DNA of 53,852 nt, counting the filler, from Stramenopiles sp. TOSAG23-3 (lineage: Eukaryota), in the NCBI GenBank assembly GCA_900128585.1. It is 4 parts of 4 records of this genome, joined end to end, with 100 filler letters (N's around TTAATTAATTAA, not from the genome) between each part and the next. Parts side by side here need not be neighbours in the genome. Positions count along the whole stretch, not along the records: positions 24,847 to 49,585 come from LT642301.1; 3 more parts are not named here. One strand, given 5' to 3'. Below, in pieces: positions 30,518 to 40,822 of this stretch (the stretch's first letter is position 1; the number at the start of each line of letters is the position of its first letter). The position numbers and the translations under genes were made by a program. Under the pieces are notes generated by a model. The model saw only the letters and a list, made by a program, of their open reading frames with translations, did no database searches and was not told where the DNA came from.

Positions 30518-33148
30518 ATGAGCAAATGGTTTCGGTCTGCGGAGATGCAGTACGTTCAGATCGTCTGCCCGCAGACGTTGTTGGAGGAGTGCGTCGAGCT
30601 GCTGGGGGAGAACGGTGTGTTTCAGTTCGTTGACCGGAACCGGGCGTACACGACGGTGCAGCGGGGGGCGCTGCACACTCGGTTCGCGCACGCGATCAAG
30701 GAGATCAAGCGTTGCGACGAGATGGAGCGGATCCTCCGGGCGTTGAACAACGCGACGCGAAAGGTGAACGTGGCCGTCCCGGGGGAGGCGACGGGCGCGG
30801 CGAACCCGCTGGGGATCCAGCGGTTCGCGAAGCGGGGGGACAAGGAGAACTCGTTCGACGCCGTGTTGAAGAACCTGTCCTCGCTCGAGTCCAAGGCGAA
30901 CCAGCAGCTGTCGCTGATCACGGAGACGACCAAGCTGCTGAACGGGTGCGTCGAGCTGGAGGAGGTGTTGAAGCAGGCGAAGGCGCGGTACATGGAGGGG
31001 AACTTCAACGCGGAGGCGAACAGCGACGAGTCGAGCCTGCTGCACAACATGGACTTTGGGGACACGGACGTCCGGATCGTCATGATCGGGGGCGTGGTGA
31101 ACCAGGCGAACGAGAACGGGCTCCGAAGGCAGATCTTCCGCGCGTCCCGGGGGAACGCGATCGTGTACCTGTCCCCGATCGATGGGCGGCCGATGTACGA
31201 CCCGGTGACGCAGGAGGAGGTCCAGCTCTCCGTGGTTCTGGTGTTTTTCCAACGCTCTCCGGAACTGCAGCAGAAGATCGAGCGGACCTGCAGCGCGTTC
31301 GCGGCCCGGATGCAGAACTTGCCGGACATTCGGGACAAGGCCGCGGTCGACATGATGCTCGCCCAGACGAGGGAAGACTTTCAGAACCAGGCAAAGCTGA
31401 AGCTGGGCCACCAGAGCACGCTGAAGAAGCTCCTCGGGAAGGTGGTCGGGAACCTCGAGCGGTGGACGATCGCGGCCCGGAGCCGGAAGAGCGTGTTCCA
31501 TAACATCACCAAGTTCGAGCGGCAAGGGGACGACCGGAGCCACAACTTGCTGGCCTACGGCTGGGTCCTGAAGAGCGAGGCCGACCGGATGAGCATCGCC
31601 CTCGGGCGGACGGGGGGCGGGGGGCAGATGGCCCCGATCCTCATCAGCCTGAACGAGCGGGACTGGCCGGAGAGCCCGCCGACGTACTTCGAGACCAACA
31701 AGTTCACGAGCGTGTTCCAAGGGATCGTGGACACGTACGGGACGCCGCGCTACCAGGAGGCCAACCCGGCCCTCTTCGAGGTCATCATGTTCCCCTTCCT
31801 CTTCGGCGTCATGTACGGGGACATCGGGCACGGGCTGATCATGCTGATCGCGGCGGTCTACCTGGTCAAGAACGAGGAGGCCCTGAGCAAGCCGGGGGCC
31901 CTCCCGGAGCTCCTGCAGATGGTCTTCGGCGGCCGGTACCTGATCGTCATGATGGGGGCGTTCTCCGTCTACATGGGGTTTCTCTACAACGACCTGTTCT
32001 CCATGAACCTGCCGATCTTCGGGACCACGTGGCGGGACGCCCCGAAGCACAAAGGGGCCAACCACTCGTCCGCGGAGTACCTCCTGCCGGAGTCCACGTA
32101 CCCGTTCGGGATGGACCCGGCCTGGCGAACGGCGGAGAACCAGCTCCTCTTCGCCAACTCGATGAAGATGAAAATGTCCGTCATCCTCGGGATCACCCAG
32201 ATGATGTTTGGGCTCCTCCTTCGGTTCTCGAACGCGATCCACTTCCGGAACAAGCTCGACCTGTTCTTCGAGTGCATCCCCATGTTCACGTTCGCCACGT
32301 GCCTGTTCGGGTACATGATGTTCATGATCGTGTACAAGTGGACGATCGACTGGACGGGCCCGCAGGGGATGGGCGGCGGCTACGGCCCCCCCTCGATCAT
32401 CGTGAACCTGATCAACATGGTCCTCAAGCCCGGGACCGTGAAGGACGCGATGTACGGCCAGTACCAGTCCCCGTACGACCTGAAGTGGAAGCCCGGGATG
32501 CCCGCGAAGGAGAACATCTGCACGACGACGACCAGCCCGCCCTGCGGCCAGGCCGTCATGCAAGTGCGCCTGCTCATCCTCGCCGGGCTCTGCATCCCCC
32601 TCATCCTGCTCCCCAAACCGTTGATCCTGCACTACTGCAAGGACAAGAAACGCGGGCACCGGGGGGGCAGCGAGGACGGGGTGGCGATGCCGACCCTGGG
32701 GGACGACGACGGCGCCCCGGACGCCGAGCACGGGGCGGGCGGCCCGCACGGCGACGAGGGGCACCATGGCTTCGGGGACATCATGATTCACCAGATCATC
32801 GAGACGATCGAGTTCGTCCTAGGGATGGTCTCCAACACCGCGTCCTACCTTCGGCTCTGGGCGCTGAGCCTGGCCCACGGCCAGCTCGCGGAGGTGTTCT
32901 GGGAGAAAGCCTTCCTTTCCACGGTCAACATGGAGGGCCCCCTGAGCTTCATCTACATCGTCATCGGGTTCCAAGTATGGGCGGCCGCGACCATCGGCGT
33001 CTTGTGCCTGATGGACCCCCTCGAATGTTTCCTCCACGCCCTTCGCTTGCACTGGGTGGAGTTTCAGAGCAAGTTTTTTAAGGCGGACGGGTACCCGTTC
33101 GAGCCTTTTGACCTGAAAACGATCGATGGAAAGCTGGTCTCGGACTGA
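30518..33148 (+). CDS. ATP6V0A: V-type H+-ATPase V0 subunit a
   Basis: WFRSAEM start, PPTYFETNKFT, YQEANPA, FPFLFGVMYGDIGHG, NSMKMKMS, SNTASYLRLWALSLAH (essential Arg), LHALRLHWVEFQSKF. Confidence 0.97.
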   Translation: MSKWFRSAEMQYVQIVCPQTLLEECVELLGENGVFQFVDRNRAYTTVQRGALHTRFAHAIKEIKRCDEMERILRALNNATRKVNVAVPGEATGAANPLGIQRFAKRGDKENSFDAVLKNLSSLESKANQQLSLITETTKLLNGCVELEEVLKQAKARYMEGNFNAEANSDESSLLHNMDFGDTDVRIVMIGGVVNQANENGLRRQIFRASRGNAIVYLSPIDGRPMYDPVTQEEVQLSVVLVFFQRSPELQQKIERTCSAFAARMQNLPDIRDKAAVDMMLAQTREDFQNQAKLKLGHQSTLKKLLGKVVGNLERWTIAARSRKSVFHNITKFERQGDDRSHNLLAYGWVLKSEADRMSIALGRTGGGGQMAPILISLNERDWPESPPTYFETNKFTSVFQGIVDTYGTPRYQEANPALFEVIMFPFLFGVMYGDIGHGLIMLIAAVYLVKNEEALSKPGALPELLQMVFGGRYLIVMMGAFSVYMGFLYNDLFSMNLPIFGTTWRDAPKHKGANHSSAEYLLPESTYPFGMDPAWRTAENQLLFANSMKMKMSVILGITQMMFGLLLRFSNAIHFRNKLDLFFECIPMFTFATCLFGYMMFMIVYKWTIDWTGPQGMGGGYGPPSIIVNLINMVLKPGTVKDAMYGQYQSPYDLKWKPGMPAKENICTTTTSPPCGQAVMQVRLLILAGLCIPLILLPKPLILHYCKDKKRGHRGGSEDGVAMPTLGDDDGAPDAEHGAGGPHGDEGHHGFGDIMIHQIIETIEFVLGMVSNTASYLRLWALSLAHGQLAEVFWEKAFLSTVNMEGPLSFIYIVIGFQVWAAATIGVLCLMDPLECFLHALRLHWVEFQSKFFKADGYPFEPFDLKTIDGKLVSD

Positions 33149-33180
33149 GCAACGACGGGAACGAAGGGAGGAGGGCGAGG

Positions 33181-33204
33181 GGACGGACGGACGGACGGAC
33201 GGAC
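33181..33204. repeat. (GGAC)6 microsatellite just 3' of the V-ATPase gene
   Basis: Read directly from the sequence. Confidence 0.85.
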
Positions 33205-33454
33205 CCTTGGCGGGAGAAGCCGAAGTGTGCTGGAAATGCGGTGTACTATTTAAAAGAAAAGTAAATTCACACGCGCACGCATATTTAAAAATTATGTTTT
33301 TCAGTTTTACCCTATAAAAACCTTGTTGGAGAGAGCGTCAAACACTGAGGTTTAAAAGTGTTTGCCTGGTACGTTTCCAGAAGTGGGCCAATTTCTCTCT
33401 CTCTGTGTCGTAACTCCCCCCTTGTAAAACTGTATTCGTGAAAGAACACACTTC

Positions 33455-34105
33455 TTAATCCCGAGTCACCAAGAATTTGAAGTCCTTGTTCACTTCTTCC
33501 GTCCACAGGGCCTTGTCGCTCTTCTTCTTTTGGTTCCCTGCAAACGCGAGTCCGCCCTTGTCGATGGTGGCGGGGTCTTGCGCCTTTAACCCGGCCATCG
33601 CCATACTCAGTTCTTCCGCGTTGTGAGCGCTGATCATCGCGGGCAGCCAATCGTCCGGCGACTTGTCGCCGTCGATGCCAGAGTTCGCTTCCTTGTCGTC
33701 CTGGTTCTTCACCGCGCCGTCCGCGCCGTTGTCGAGAAGGATCTTGGCGCACCAGTAGTAGTCGTATGCCCGGGCCATGTGAAGGGCCGTCTGGCCCGTT
33801 CCGTTCTGGGCGTTCAAGTCGCACTTCTTGTCGCACACCAAGTACCGTACCAATGCAATGTGGCCGTTTTGGGCGGCGATGTGGATCGGGTAATTGCCGT
33901 TCTTAGGGTCCTTGCAATCTTTCCCTTCCGGATTCTTCGCCAAGAACGGCTCCAGCTCACTGGCGTCCTTCCCCCACCGAACCATCGAATGGAATTTTTT
34001 CGTGAAATCATCCCCCGTCACGTTCGTATCCACCGCTGGCGGCGCACCCCCCGTTTGCTTTTTGTCGGGATTGACCTGATTGCTCTTGCTCCCAGCACAA
34101 CCCAT
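33455..34105 (-). CDS. Ankyrin-repeat protein with N-terminal dual-acylation motif MGCAGSK
   Basis: NGNYPIHIAAQNGH, GQTALHMA; true start taken at MGC. Confidence 0.88.
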   Translation of the reverse strand: MGCAGSKSNQVNPDKKQTGGAPPAVDTNVTGDDFTKKFHSMVRWGKDASELEPFLAKNPEGKDCKDPKNGNYPIHIAAQNGHIALVRYLVCDKKCDLNAQNGTGQTALHMARAYDYYWCAKILLDNGADGAVKNQDDKEANSGIDGDKSPDDWLPAMISAHNAEELSMAMAGLKAQDPATIDKGGLAFAGNQKKKSDKALWTEEVNKDFKFLVTRD

Positions 34106-34989
34106 TTTCCAATTGCTCTTATTTTTTTCCTGATGGACCCGTGGATGGTATAGTTCCGTGGAAAAAACAGTCACTAAATAAAACGAAATGGGAAACCTAG
34201 ATAATGAATGAATGGACCCAACATAAAATCTAAATCCAATTCCAACTTCAATTTCAAATCCAATTCCAATTCCAAATGGAACCAATTGAACCAATTGAAC
34301 AAAGTAAACATGAATCAATTTCGTTTAAACTTTTTTTTAATAAAAATAATAATAAAAAAAAATATCTTTCTTAAGCTATAATTAAGGACTAGAAAGAAAC
34401 TCAACATTTAGTAGAGATCAAAGTATTAATCATTTAAATTGCCACACTTCTCTCAGATAAATATTTCATAGAAACCCAATTCCTTAAGTTTTGGTTTTGC
34501 ATAAAAAGTGTGGGAGTTCGTTGGCTTTCTTCTTCATTTTTTGGACTTTCTTTTAACAGGGGATTAGCATAGAGTAAAGTGAACGTATTTCGGTTACACA
34601 TTTATTAATATTAACATAGCATCAATGATCCAATTATTTTCTAGAAGAAAGTATATAGAAAACAAAATTTTTTTGGGATTTTGAGATTTTGGGAAAAGGA
34701 AAGGTTGTTTTAAAAAGAAAAAGTACTTAATGCATGTGTGCGATGAATTTTATGGATAAGAGAGGTGTGGGTGTAAAACTGCGGAAGTGTTTTCCATTGG
34801 ATACTTGTTTTTTGAAAGTTAGAGATTGATTTGCATACGTCTTTACATCCCACGGTCCACGGTCCACGTTCGTTGCGAAACTTTCCTATCAGGGTTTTAC
34901 CGCCATTGGCCATGACGATCGATGGTTGATTGAATTGATTGGTGGGCCATTGGAATTCCCATTGAGATTAAACGTTACTTTTTCATGCG

Positions 34990-36402
34990 ATGAATGCTCT
35001 TCCCTTTCGATTCGCGACGGTCTGCTACGTGCTAATTTCCGTGGTGGTCGGCCAGGATGTTCCGACGACCGAACTGTTCAATGACGACCGTTCCAATACG
35101 ATGGGATTGGCGGTGAAAATAATTGGTCATGCCCTTTCCGCATTTGATACGATCGTCATGGAAGACATAGATACGTTTGAAGTACCGTCCGATCAGTTTT
35201 ATGTGCTGGCATCGTCGTTGTCGGTCGCGTGCCCAAGGAACATCTACTCTAGCCAAGCGGCGCGTCTGAAACCGCTGGTGAAGCTTGGGGGGTGCTTGCG
35301 AGCGAGGTTTCACCCAGGCGCAGAGGCGTTGCAGAAAATAATCGGAGAAGACTTCATCCAAATTGTCTTTTTAGAGAACACCAGCGTGGACGAAGGGAAG
35401 ACGAAGAACATCCTCGACGCGGCGCAAAACATTTTTGTGGTTGGCGACGTCCGTTTCCCCGAGCGTATGTTCTGGAGCGTCCGCGAGCGCTATGTGTTCC
35501 CGTCCCTGTTCCACGTCCAAGTCCTGGAAAAAATGACGAGCGTGACGACCACGATATCGCTGCCTTACTCAAAACTGGCCAACCCCGCCGAGGCGCTCTC
35601 TTTCAACGCGACGATTACTCCAGGGAGCGAGGAATCCTACAAGCACGTGGTGAGGGAGTTCTGCCTCGCCTGCGATTTGGGGACCCTAGAGGAATGCACG
35701 GTGTTTCCACCGGTAGAAATGCCCGATGTATTTTGGACCCTAATCAACAACCATTTCAGCAGCGGGCAGTACTACAGGGCTGCCGAATTGACGACTCGGG
35801 AGTCGTGCCGAAACAAGATTGCGAAGCGCTATGAATCCGTCCGGGCAGCCCGGGGAGATGTCCAGAATCATTTGGGCCTCATGCAAGCCCTTGCGGGGTC
35901 GGTCGACCACGTGACGGAGTTTGGGGTCCGTAGCGGTGTTAGTACCTTGGCATGGCTCATGGGGGGGGCGAAAACGGTGGTAGGGTATGATTTGAACGTG
36001 GCAGGGTTGGACGAGTTGCAAGAGGTTTGCAACGGCTGCGGCGACTCGTGCAGCGTACGGTTCGTGAAAGGGGACACGTCCAAAGTAAAAATAGACGCGA
36101 CCGATTTATTATTCATTGACAGCTTGCACACGGGCGAACACTTGCGCAAGGAGCTGTCCCTGCACCACCCGAAAGTAAGCAAGTACATTGTACTCCATGA
36201 CACCACGGCGTGCTGGGATGGTTTAAAACAGATGGGGGCATGGCATTACGACCACCTTTGTCGGAAAAATTTCAACGACGTTCACCAGGAAGGGTTGGGC
36301 GCAGCAATCGACGAGTTCATGGAACGAAACGGCGGCACGTGGAAACTGTTTGGAAAGAAAACGAACAACAATGGGCTGATTGTATTGGAACGTCGACCGT
36401 AG
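34990..36402 (+). CDS. Signal-peptide-bearing class I SAM methyltransferase (Methyltransf_24-like C-terminal domain)
   Basis: Hydrophobic N-terminus; VTEFGVRSGVST, GYDL, DLLFIDSLH, YIVLHDT, NNNGLIVLER. Confidence 0.82.
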   Translation: MNALPFRFATVCYVLISVVVGQDVPTTELFNDDRSNTMGLAVKIIGHALSAFDTIVMEDIDTFEVPSDQFYVLASSLSVACPRNIYSSQAARLKPLVKLGGCLRARFHPGAEALQKIIGEDFIQIVFLENTSVDEGKTKNILDAAQNIFVVGDVRFPERMFWSVRERYVFPSLFHVQVLEKMTSVTTTISLPYSKLANPAEALSFNATITPGSEESYKHVVREFCLACDLGTLEECTVFPPVEMPDVFWTLINNHFSSGQYYRAAELTTRESCRNKIAKRYESVRAARGDVQNHLGLMQALAGSVDHVTEFGVRSGVSTLAWLMGGAKTVVGYDLNVAGLDELQEVCNGCGDSCSVRFVKGDTSKVKIDATDLLFIDSLHTGEHLRKELSLHHPKVSKYIVLHDTTACWDGLKQMGAWHYDHLCRKNFNDVHQEGLGAAIDEFMERNGGTWKLFGKKTNNNGLIVLERRP

Positions 36403-36912
36403 ATTTTTCAGACCCATTATGTTGAGCAGCCGCTTATGACCAATTCATTCAGAAACGAGAGAATGCAAAAGTTACAACACGCCGATTGTAAAAAAACATG
36501 AAGAAAAGGTTTCGCACGAAGAAGAAGAAGAAAGAAAGAAGAAGAAAAACTTAACCCGTTTCTTTCCAAAGCTTCAAATAATCAGTCAAGTACATGTTTT
36601 GTTCAAATAGTTTTAATATTTTACAATTGTATACTTTGTCAATTTATACAATGTACATTCAATTCAAAAATTGAAATTTCAAAAACTCGAAAAAAAAACA
36701 ACAAAAACAAAAAAAAAACGAAGAAAAAATCTCTTCTTTTCTTATGACACGACGATGCCCGTATACAAGTTATAGAGTGTTGGTAGATAGATAGATAGAT
36801 CGGATTTTGTAGGGAAGAACCGCGTCCACCGTTTCTCTGTTTTCTCGCCGCTTCGTCCCATTCTGTATGCTCCCATCGTGAACCTACGCGAGTAACAAAC
36901 GACAACAAGAAC

Positions 36913-38239
36913 ATGGCTTCCGTGGCAGATTCCGCTGCTTCCGTACCGTCTCATGGGGAGAAGTGCTTCAACTTTCACGTGAAAGGGCAAGGGGGTAAAA
37001 TCCCTCAAGTCGGGCTTGGAACGTCGACGTTGAAAGGGGACGAGTGTGTGAACGCCGTCAAGTCGGCCATAAAGGCTGGGTACCGCATGATTGATACCGC
37101 ACTTTTGTACAACAACCACAAAGAGGTCGGGGACGGGATTCGCCAAGCGCTGAAGGACAACGGTTTGACGCGCGACGATATATTCCTCACGTCCAAGGTA
37201 GCCTTTTTCCCGCCGGACGCGTCGAACAATTCGTGGATGTTCAACGCGAACAACGTGAAGGGGAACGAAGAGGCCTCGATCGACACGTCCCTCGAAGAGC
37301 TTGGGTTTACGTACACGGACATGTTCCTCGTCCACAACCCTACGACGACGCAGCACGAGTACAACTTTGCCAGCGTCCCGCATTTCTTCGAGCTCTTTGC
37401 GTTGAAGGGCAACGAGGGGGCGGTTGCCCCGGCAGTCCTCCCGAACGGCCACCTCGTCCGCCCCCTTGTCATTGGGGGCGCCCACCAAGAGCACGCCCTG
37501 GTGACGGAGCCGACGACCTCGTTGAACGTTCGAGTGGCGACCTGGAAGGCGATGGAGAAGGCCAAACGGAACGGGAAGTGCCGGTACATTGGCGTCTCGA
37601 ACTACACGAAGGAGCTCTTGGTGGAAATGAAGGAGTACGCCGAAATCATGCCCGCCGTGAACCAGCTGGAGTACCACCCGAGGTTTGCGTCCCCAGAGCT
37701 TGTCAAGGCCGCGAAAGAGCTCGGCGTAGTCCTTATCGGGTACGGAACGGGGCTTTCCATTCAGATCGAGAAGTGTCCTCCAGGCCCTTGCAAGCAAGAA
37801 CGGGCGAAGCCCCCACCAAGTGCTTCTCCGGTGGATGAAGCAGCTCGGCATCGTCTCCATTCCCCGGTCCTCGTCCTTGGAGCACCAGAAAGAAAACATA
37901 AGCATCTTTGATTTTGAGCTGAGCGACGACGACATGATGACCTTGAGCAGGATGAACCAGCGCCACCCGTACTACTGGGACCCCGTGGTCTCCAACCAAA
38001 CGTACCGGAACCAGGTCGTAAAGTTCGCCTTGAACAGCGCGGTGAAAGTGAAATCCGGGCTTTCGTCCCTCCAGGAAGGCGTCATGGACCGGTTCAACCA
38101 AATGCAAATCCCTGACGCGATCAACCGTATCCGTGGCAGCTTCAGCAGCAGCCCGGCGGAGGATGTCAGCAAGGAGGAAAAGTCTGAACCGGGGAATGCC
38201 GGGGAGCCAACGGTGGAGATAGACTTGGACGACAAGTGA
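36913..38239 (+). CDS. Aldo-keto reductase, interrupted by a +1 frameshift near 37774
   Basis: IPQVGLGT, GYRMIDTALLY, FLTSK, FLVH, IGVSNY and PAVNQLEYHP in the first frame; VLQALASKNGRSPHQVLLRW..IPRS..ENISIFDFELSDDDM in the +1 frame. Confidence 0.9.
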
Positions 38240-38659
38240 AGAAGAGACCGCTTAGATTTTAGAAGACCAGAAATGTTTTACACTTGAATTTATATTATAT
38301 CAGTAAAAATAAAAACTTAAAAAGAGATTCTTTACAAAACTTAAAAAAAGAAAATTGGCTGTTAATTTATAAGCAAAACTTAAAAAAACAAAAAGATAAG
38401 ATCGTAAGTTGCAAGTTTTAAAGAAAAGCAATTAGAAAATTCTTTTTATTGTTGTTTCTAAGCGACGGTAATTCCAATCTCTCATTTTTAGCGCTTTCTA
38501 AACTTGTAGGGAATGAATGAGTAAGATAAGCTAAGTTTACCGTAAATTTATTTTCCTTCCTTCTTCGAAATAGTTTTTGTTTGTTAATTTCTAAAATAAA
38601 CAGCATTTCAGAAAGGCAGTGCTTCTAAACATTTAGTTGGTTTGGGAGAACTGAAACCT

Positions 38660-39532
38660 TTATGGCCCCACCCCCTCCGCGCCCGCATCGTCCGCCTCTC
38701 CCGCCAGCTCGGCGTCCGTCTCTGCTGCTTCCGTGTTGTCCGTGACTGGGACATCAGTGGCCACTTCCGTGTGCCCGCTGTTCCCGGCCTCCTTCGCATG
38801 ATTATGCGACGTCCCGTCGAGCATGTCTACTGCTTCGTCGTGTTGTAAAAGCACGGCAATGTCTCGCGCGGTCTCCCCCTTATGGTTTTTAATGTCCAGC
38901 TTGGCGCCGGCGTCGATAAGGTACGCTAACGTATTTTTCGAATCGTACCTGGCGCAGTAGTGGACGCAAGTTTCCCCATCGGAGTCGGTGACGTCTAACT
39001 GTGCCCCTGCCTTGTGCAACAGTTCGAACGTGTGGCTATTGTCGCTCTCTTCAAGCACCAGGTGGGCCGGGTAGAACCCGTCCTTGTTTGTTTCGTTCAT
39101 TTTCGCCCCTTTCTCTAGCAAATACTTGACGCACTGTTCGTGCTCGCAGACGACCGCCCACATAAGTGCCGTCTGGTTGAAATTGTCCGTAAAGTCAACC
39201 GTTGCGTTGTACTGCTCTACCAGTATCTTCATCACGCCAATGTTCTCGTTGATGGCGGCTTCGATCAACGCGGTTTTTCCGCAGCCGTCGTACAACTCCT
39301 GGTCGTCCACTTCCCAGCCAGAGTCCAGCAACTGTTTGATGAGGTCCAAGTCAGGGTCGTGCGACGCCGACTCTACGTGCAACCGTTTTGTGCACGGCTC
39401 GTAGTTAAAGCTCACCCCGCGCGCACCGCAAACAAACATACGAAACATATCGCGCCCATTCCGGTCTTTCGCGCAAAACGGAAGGGCGAAAGAGGGTTCG
39501 TTCTTGTGCACGCCGGCGTTACTGTTCCCCAT
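38660..39532 (-). CDS. Ankyrin-repeat protein, possibly N-myristoylated (MGNSNA)
   Basis: GKTALIEAA, NQTALMWAV, GFYPAHLV, GETCVHYCA, GETARDIA. Confidence 0.9.
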   Translation of the reverse strand: MGNSNAGVHKNEPSFALPFCAKDRNGRDMFRMFVCGARGVSFNYEPCTKRLHVESASHDPDLDLIKQLLDSGWEVDDQELYDGCGKTALIEAAINENIGVMKILVEQYNATVDFTDNFNQTALMWAVVCEHEQCVKYLLEKGAKMNETNKDGFYPAHLVLEESDNSHTFELLHKAGAQLDVTDSDGETCVHYCARYDSKNTLAYLIDAGAKLDIKNHKGETARDIAVLLQHDEAVDMLDGTSHNHAKEAGNSGHTEVATDVPVTDNTEAAETDAELAGEADDAGAEGVGP

Positions 39533-40185
39533 GGTTTGATTATATATATTTAGCAACCCCGTCGTCGACGCACCAGACTGAAATTTAAAAACTGTATAAA
39601 GACGACGACCTGTGCCCGTTGTATTCTATTAAGCAGCAACGCGCACACACGATTCCTCTCGCCTTCTCTTGTTTTTTTGTTTTGTTTGTCCTGATGGAAG
39701 CACTTGTGATGTTGTTTGGAACAATCAGAACCCTGGTCGTATAAGAAATGGTAGAGAGAGAGAGAGGGGAGAACATTTCTTCTTGTCTCGGGGAAGGGAA
39801 GGGAAGCGTTGCATCTTCCAAACATGTCAATCAAATGTATCAATATCTTATTGCAATATTTATTATTAATAATAAAGAAGCGACGGAGGAAGGAAGAGGT
39901 AGGAAGAAAGAAGAAAGTGAAAGAAAGAAAAAAGAAAGAAAAGATCGATCCATTTCCATCGTTCGTTTCAGAAGTTTTAAGGATGTGTATCTTTTATCTG
40001 GAAAGTGGAAAGGAAAACAAACGAAGAAAGACTGATTGTTCGATTCGATTTGGTTTGGTTTGGGCATAAAATATTGTTCAATATCCTGATGATGGGGCAT
40101 TTCCTTAAAGAATTGCAATTACTCACGATTCCAACAACAACAATTCAATTATCGGAACAGAGGGTTCAATTTGTTTTTGTATCCA

Positions 40186-40224
40186 ACAACAAACAAACAA
40201 ACAAACAAACAACAAACAAACAAA
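40186..40224. repeat. (AAAC)n microsatellite
   Basis: Read directly from the sequence. Confidence 0.8.
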
Positions 40225-40822
40225 ATGATCCAAGGCCAAGGCGCCGCCGCACAAAGCACAAACACAAAAGAAAACAAAAGAAAACACAATTGTTGGTGAA
40301 GAAGAGTGAAGAATGAAGAAGAAGAAGAGTAAAAAGAGTGAAGATTGGAGTTCTGCGTTTTGTGGAGAGTTGAGTTGAGAGAAGAGAGAAGTTGAGATTA
40401 TTGGGTTTTGCTTTTGCTTTTTGCTTTTTGTTTCTTTTGTAAAAATATATTTATAAATATCTTTCTTTCTTTGCATTTTGCATTTTCAATTAATTCCTTT
40501 TTCTCTTTTTGTTTCTTTCTTTCTTCTTCTTTCTTCTTTCTTCTTCCTTTTAAGTACAAATTATAAATACAACATTATATAGGAGATAAATAATAAGTTT
40601 ATTAAAAATAAAAAAAAATAAAAATCAAATTCAAGAGATAATAGATTGATCAAACGATAAACGATAAACGATATAAGCGATAACTAAATTGAAAAGAATG
40701 AAGGACGTTGTAGGAAAATGCAGGGGGACCGACGGAACATAAACAGTTTGACGATACACGATACGGTTGGAATTAGGAATTTGTTCGTTAATTAATCTTA
40801 TTGTTCTTTTGGCGGTGAAGGA

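Noticed and set aside
30320-32791. 823-aa antisense ORF over the V-ATPase gene (also 40631-43702, 41644-43761, 25496-27100, 26700-28226, 46566-47909)
   Set aside because: Shadow ORFs expected from high GC3 codon usage; R/P/G/V/L-biased with no motifs.
34225-34302. Degenerate AATTCC/AACCAATTG short repeats upstream of the ankyrin gene
   Set aside because: Low-complexity degenerate tandem repeat; no spacers, terminal inverted repeats or telomere-like regularity.
26860-37777. Shared programmed +1 frameshifting (Euplotes-like)
   Set aside because: The two sites share no sequence motif and neither has a slippery codon followed by a stop.
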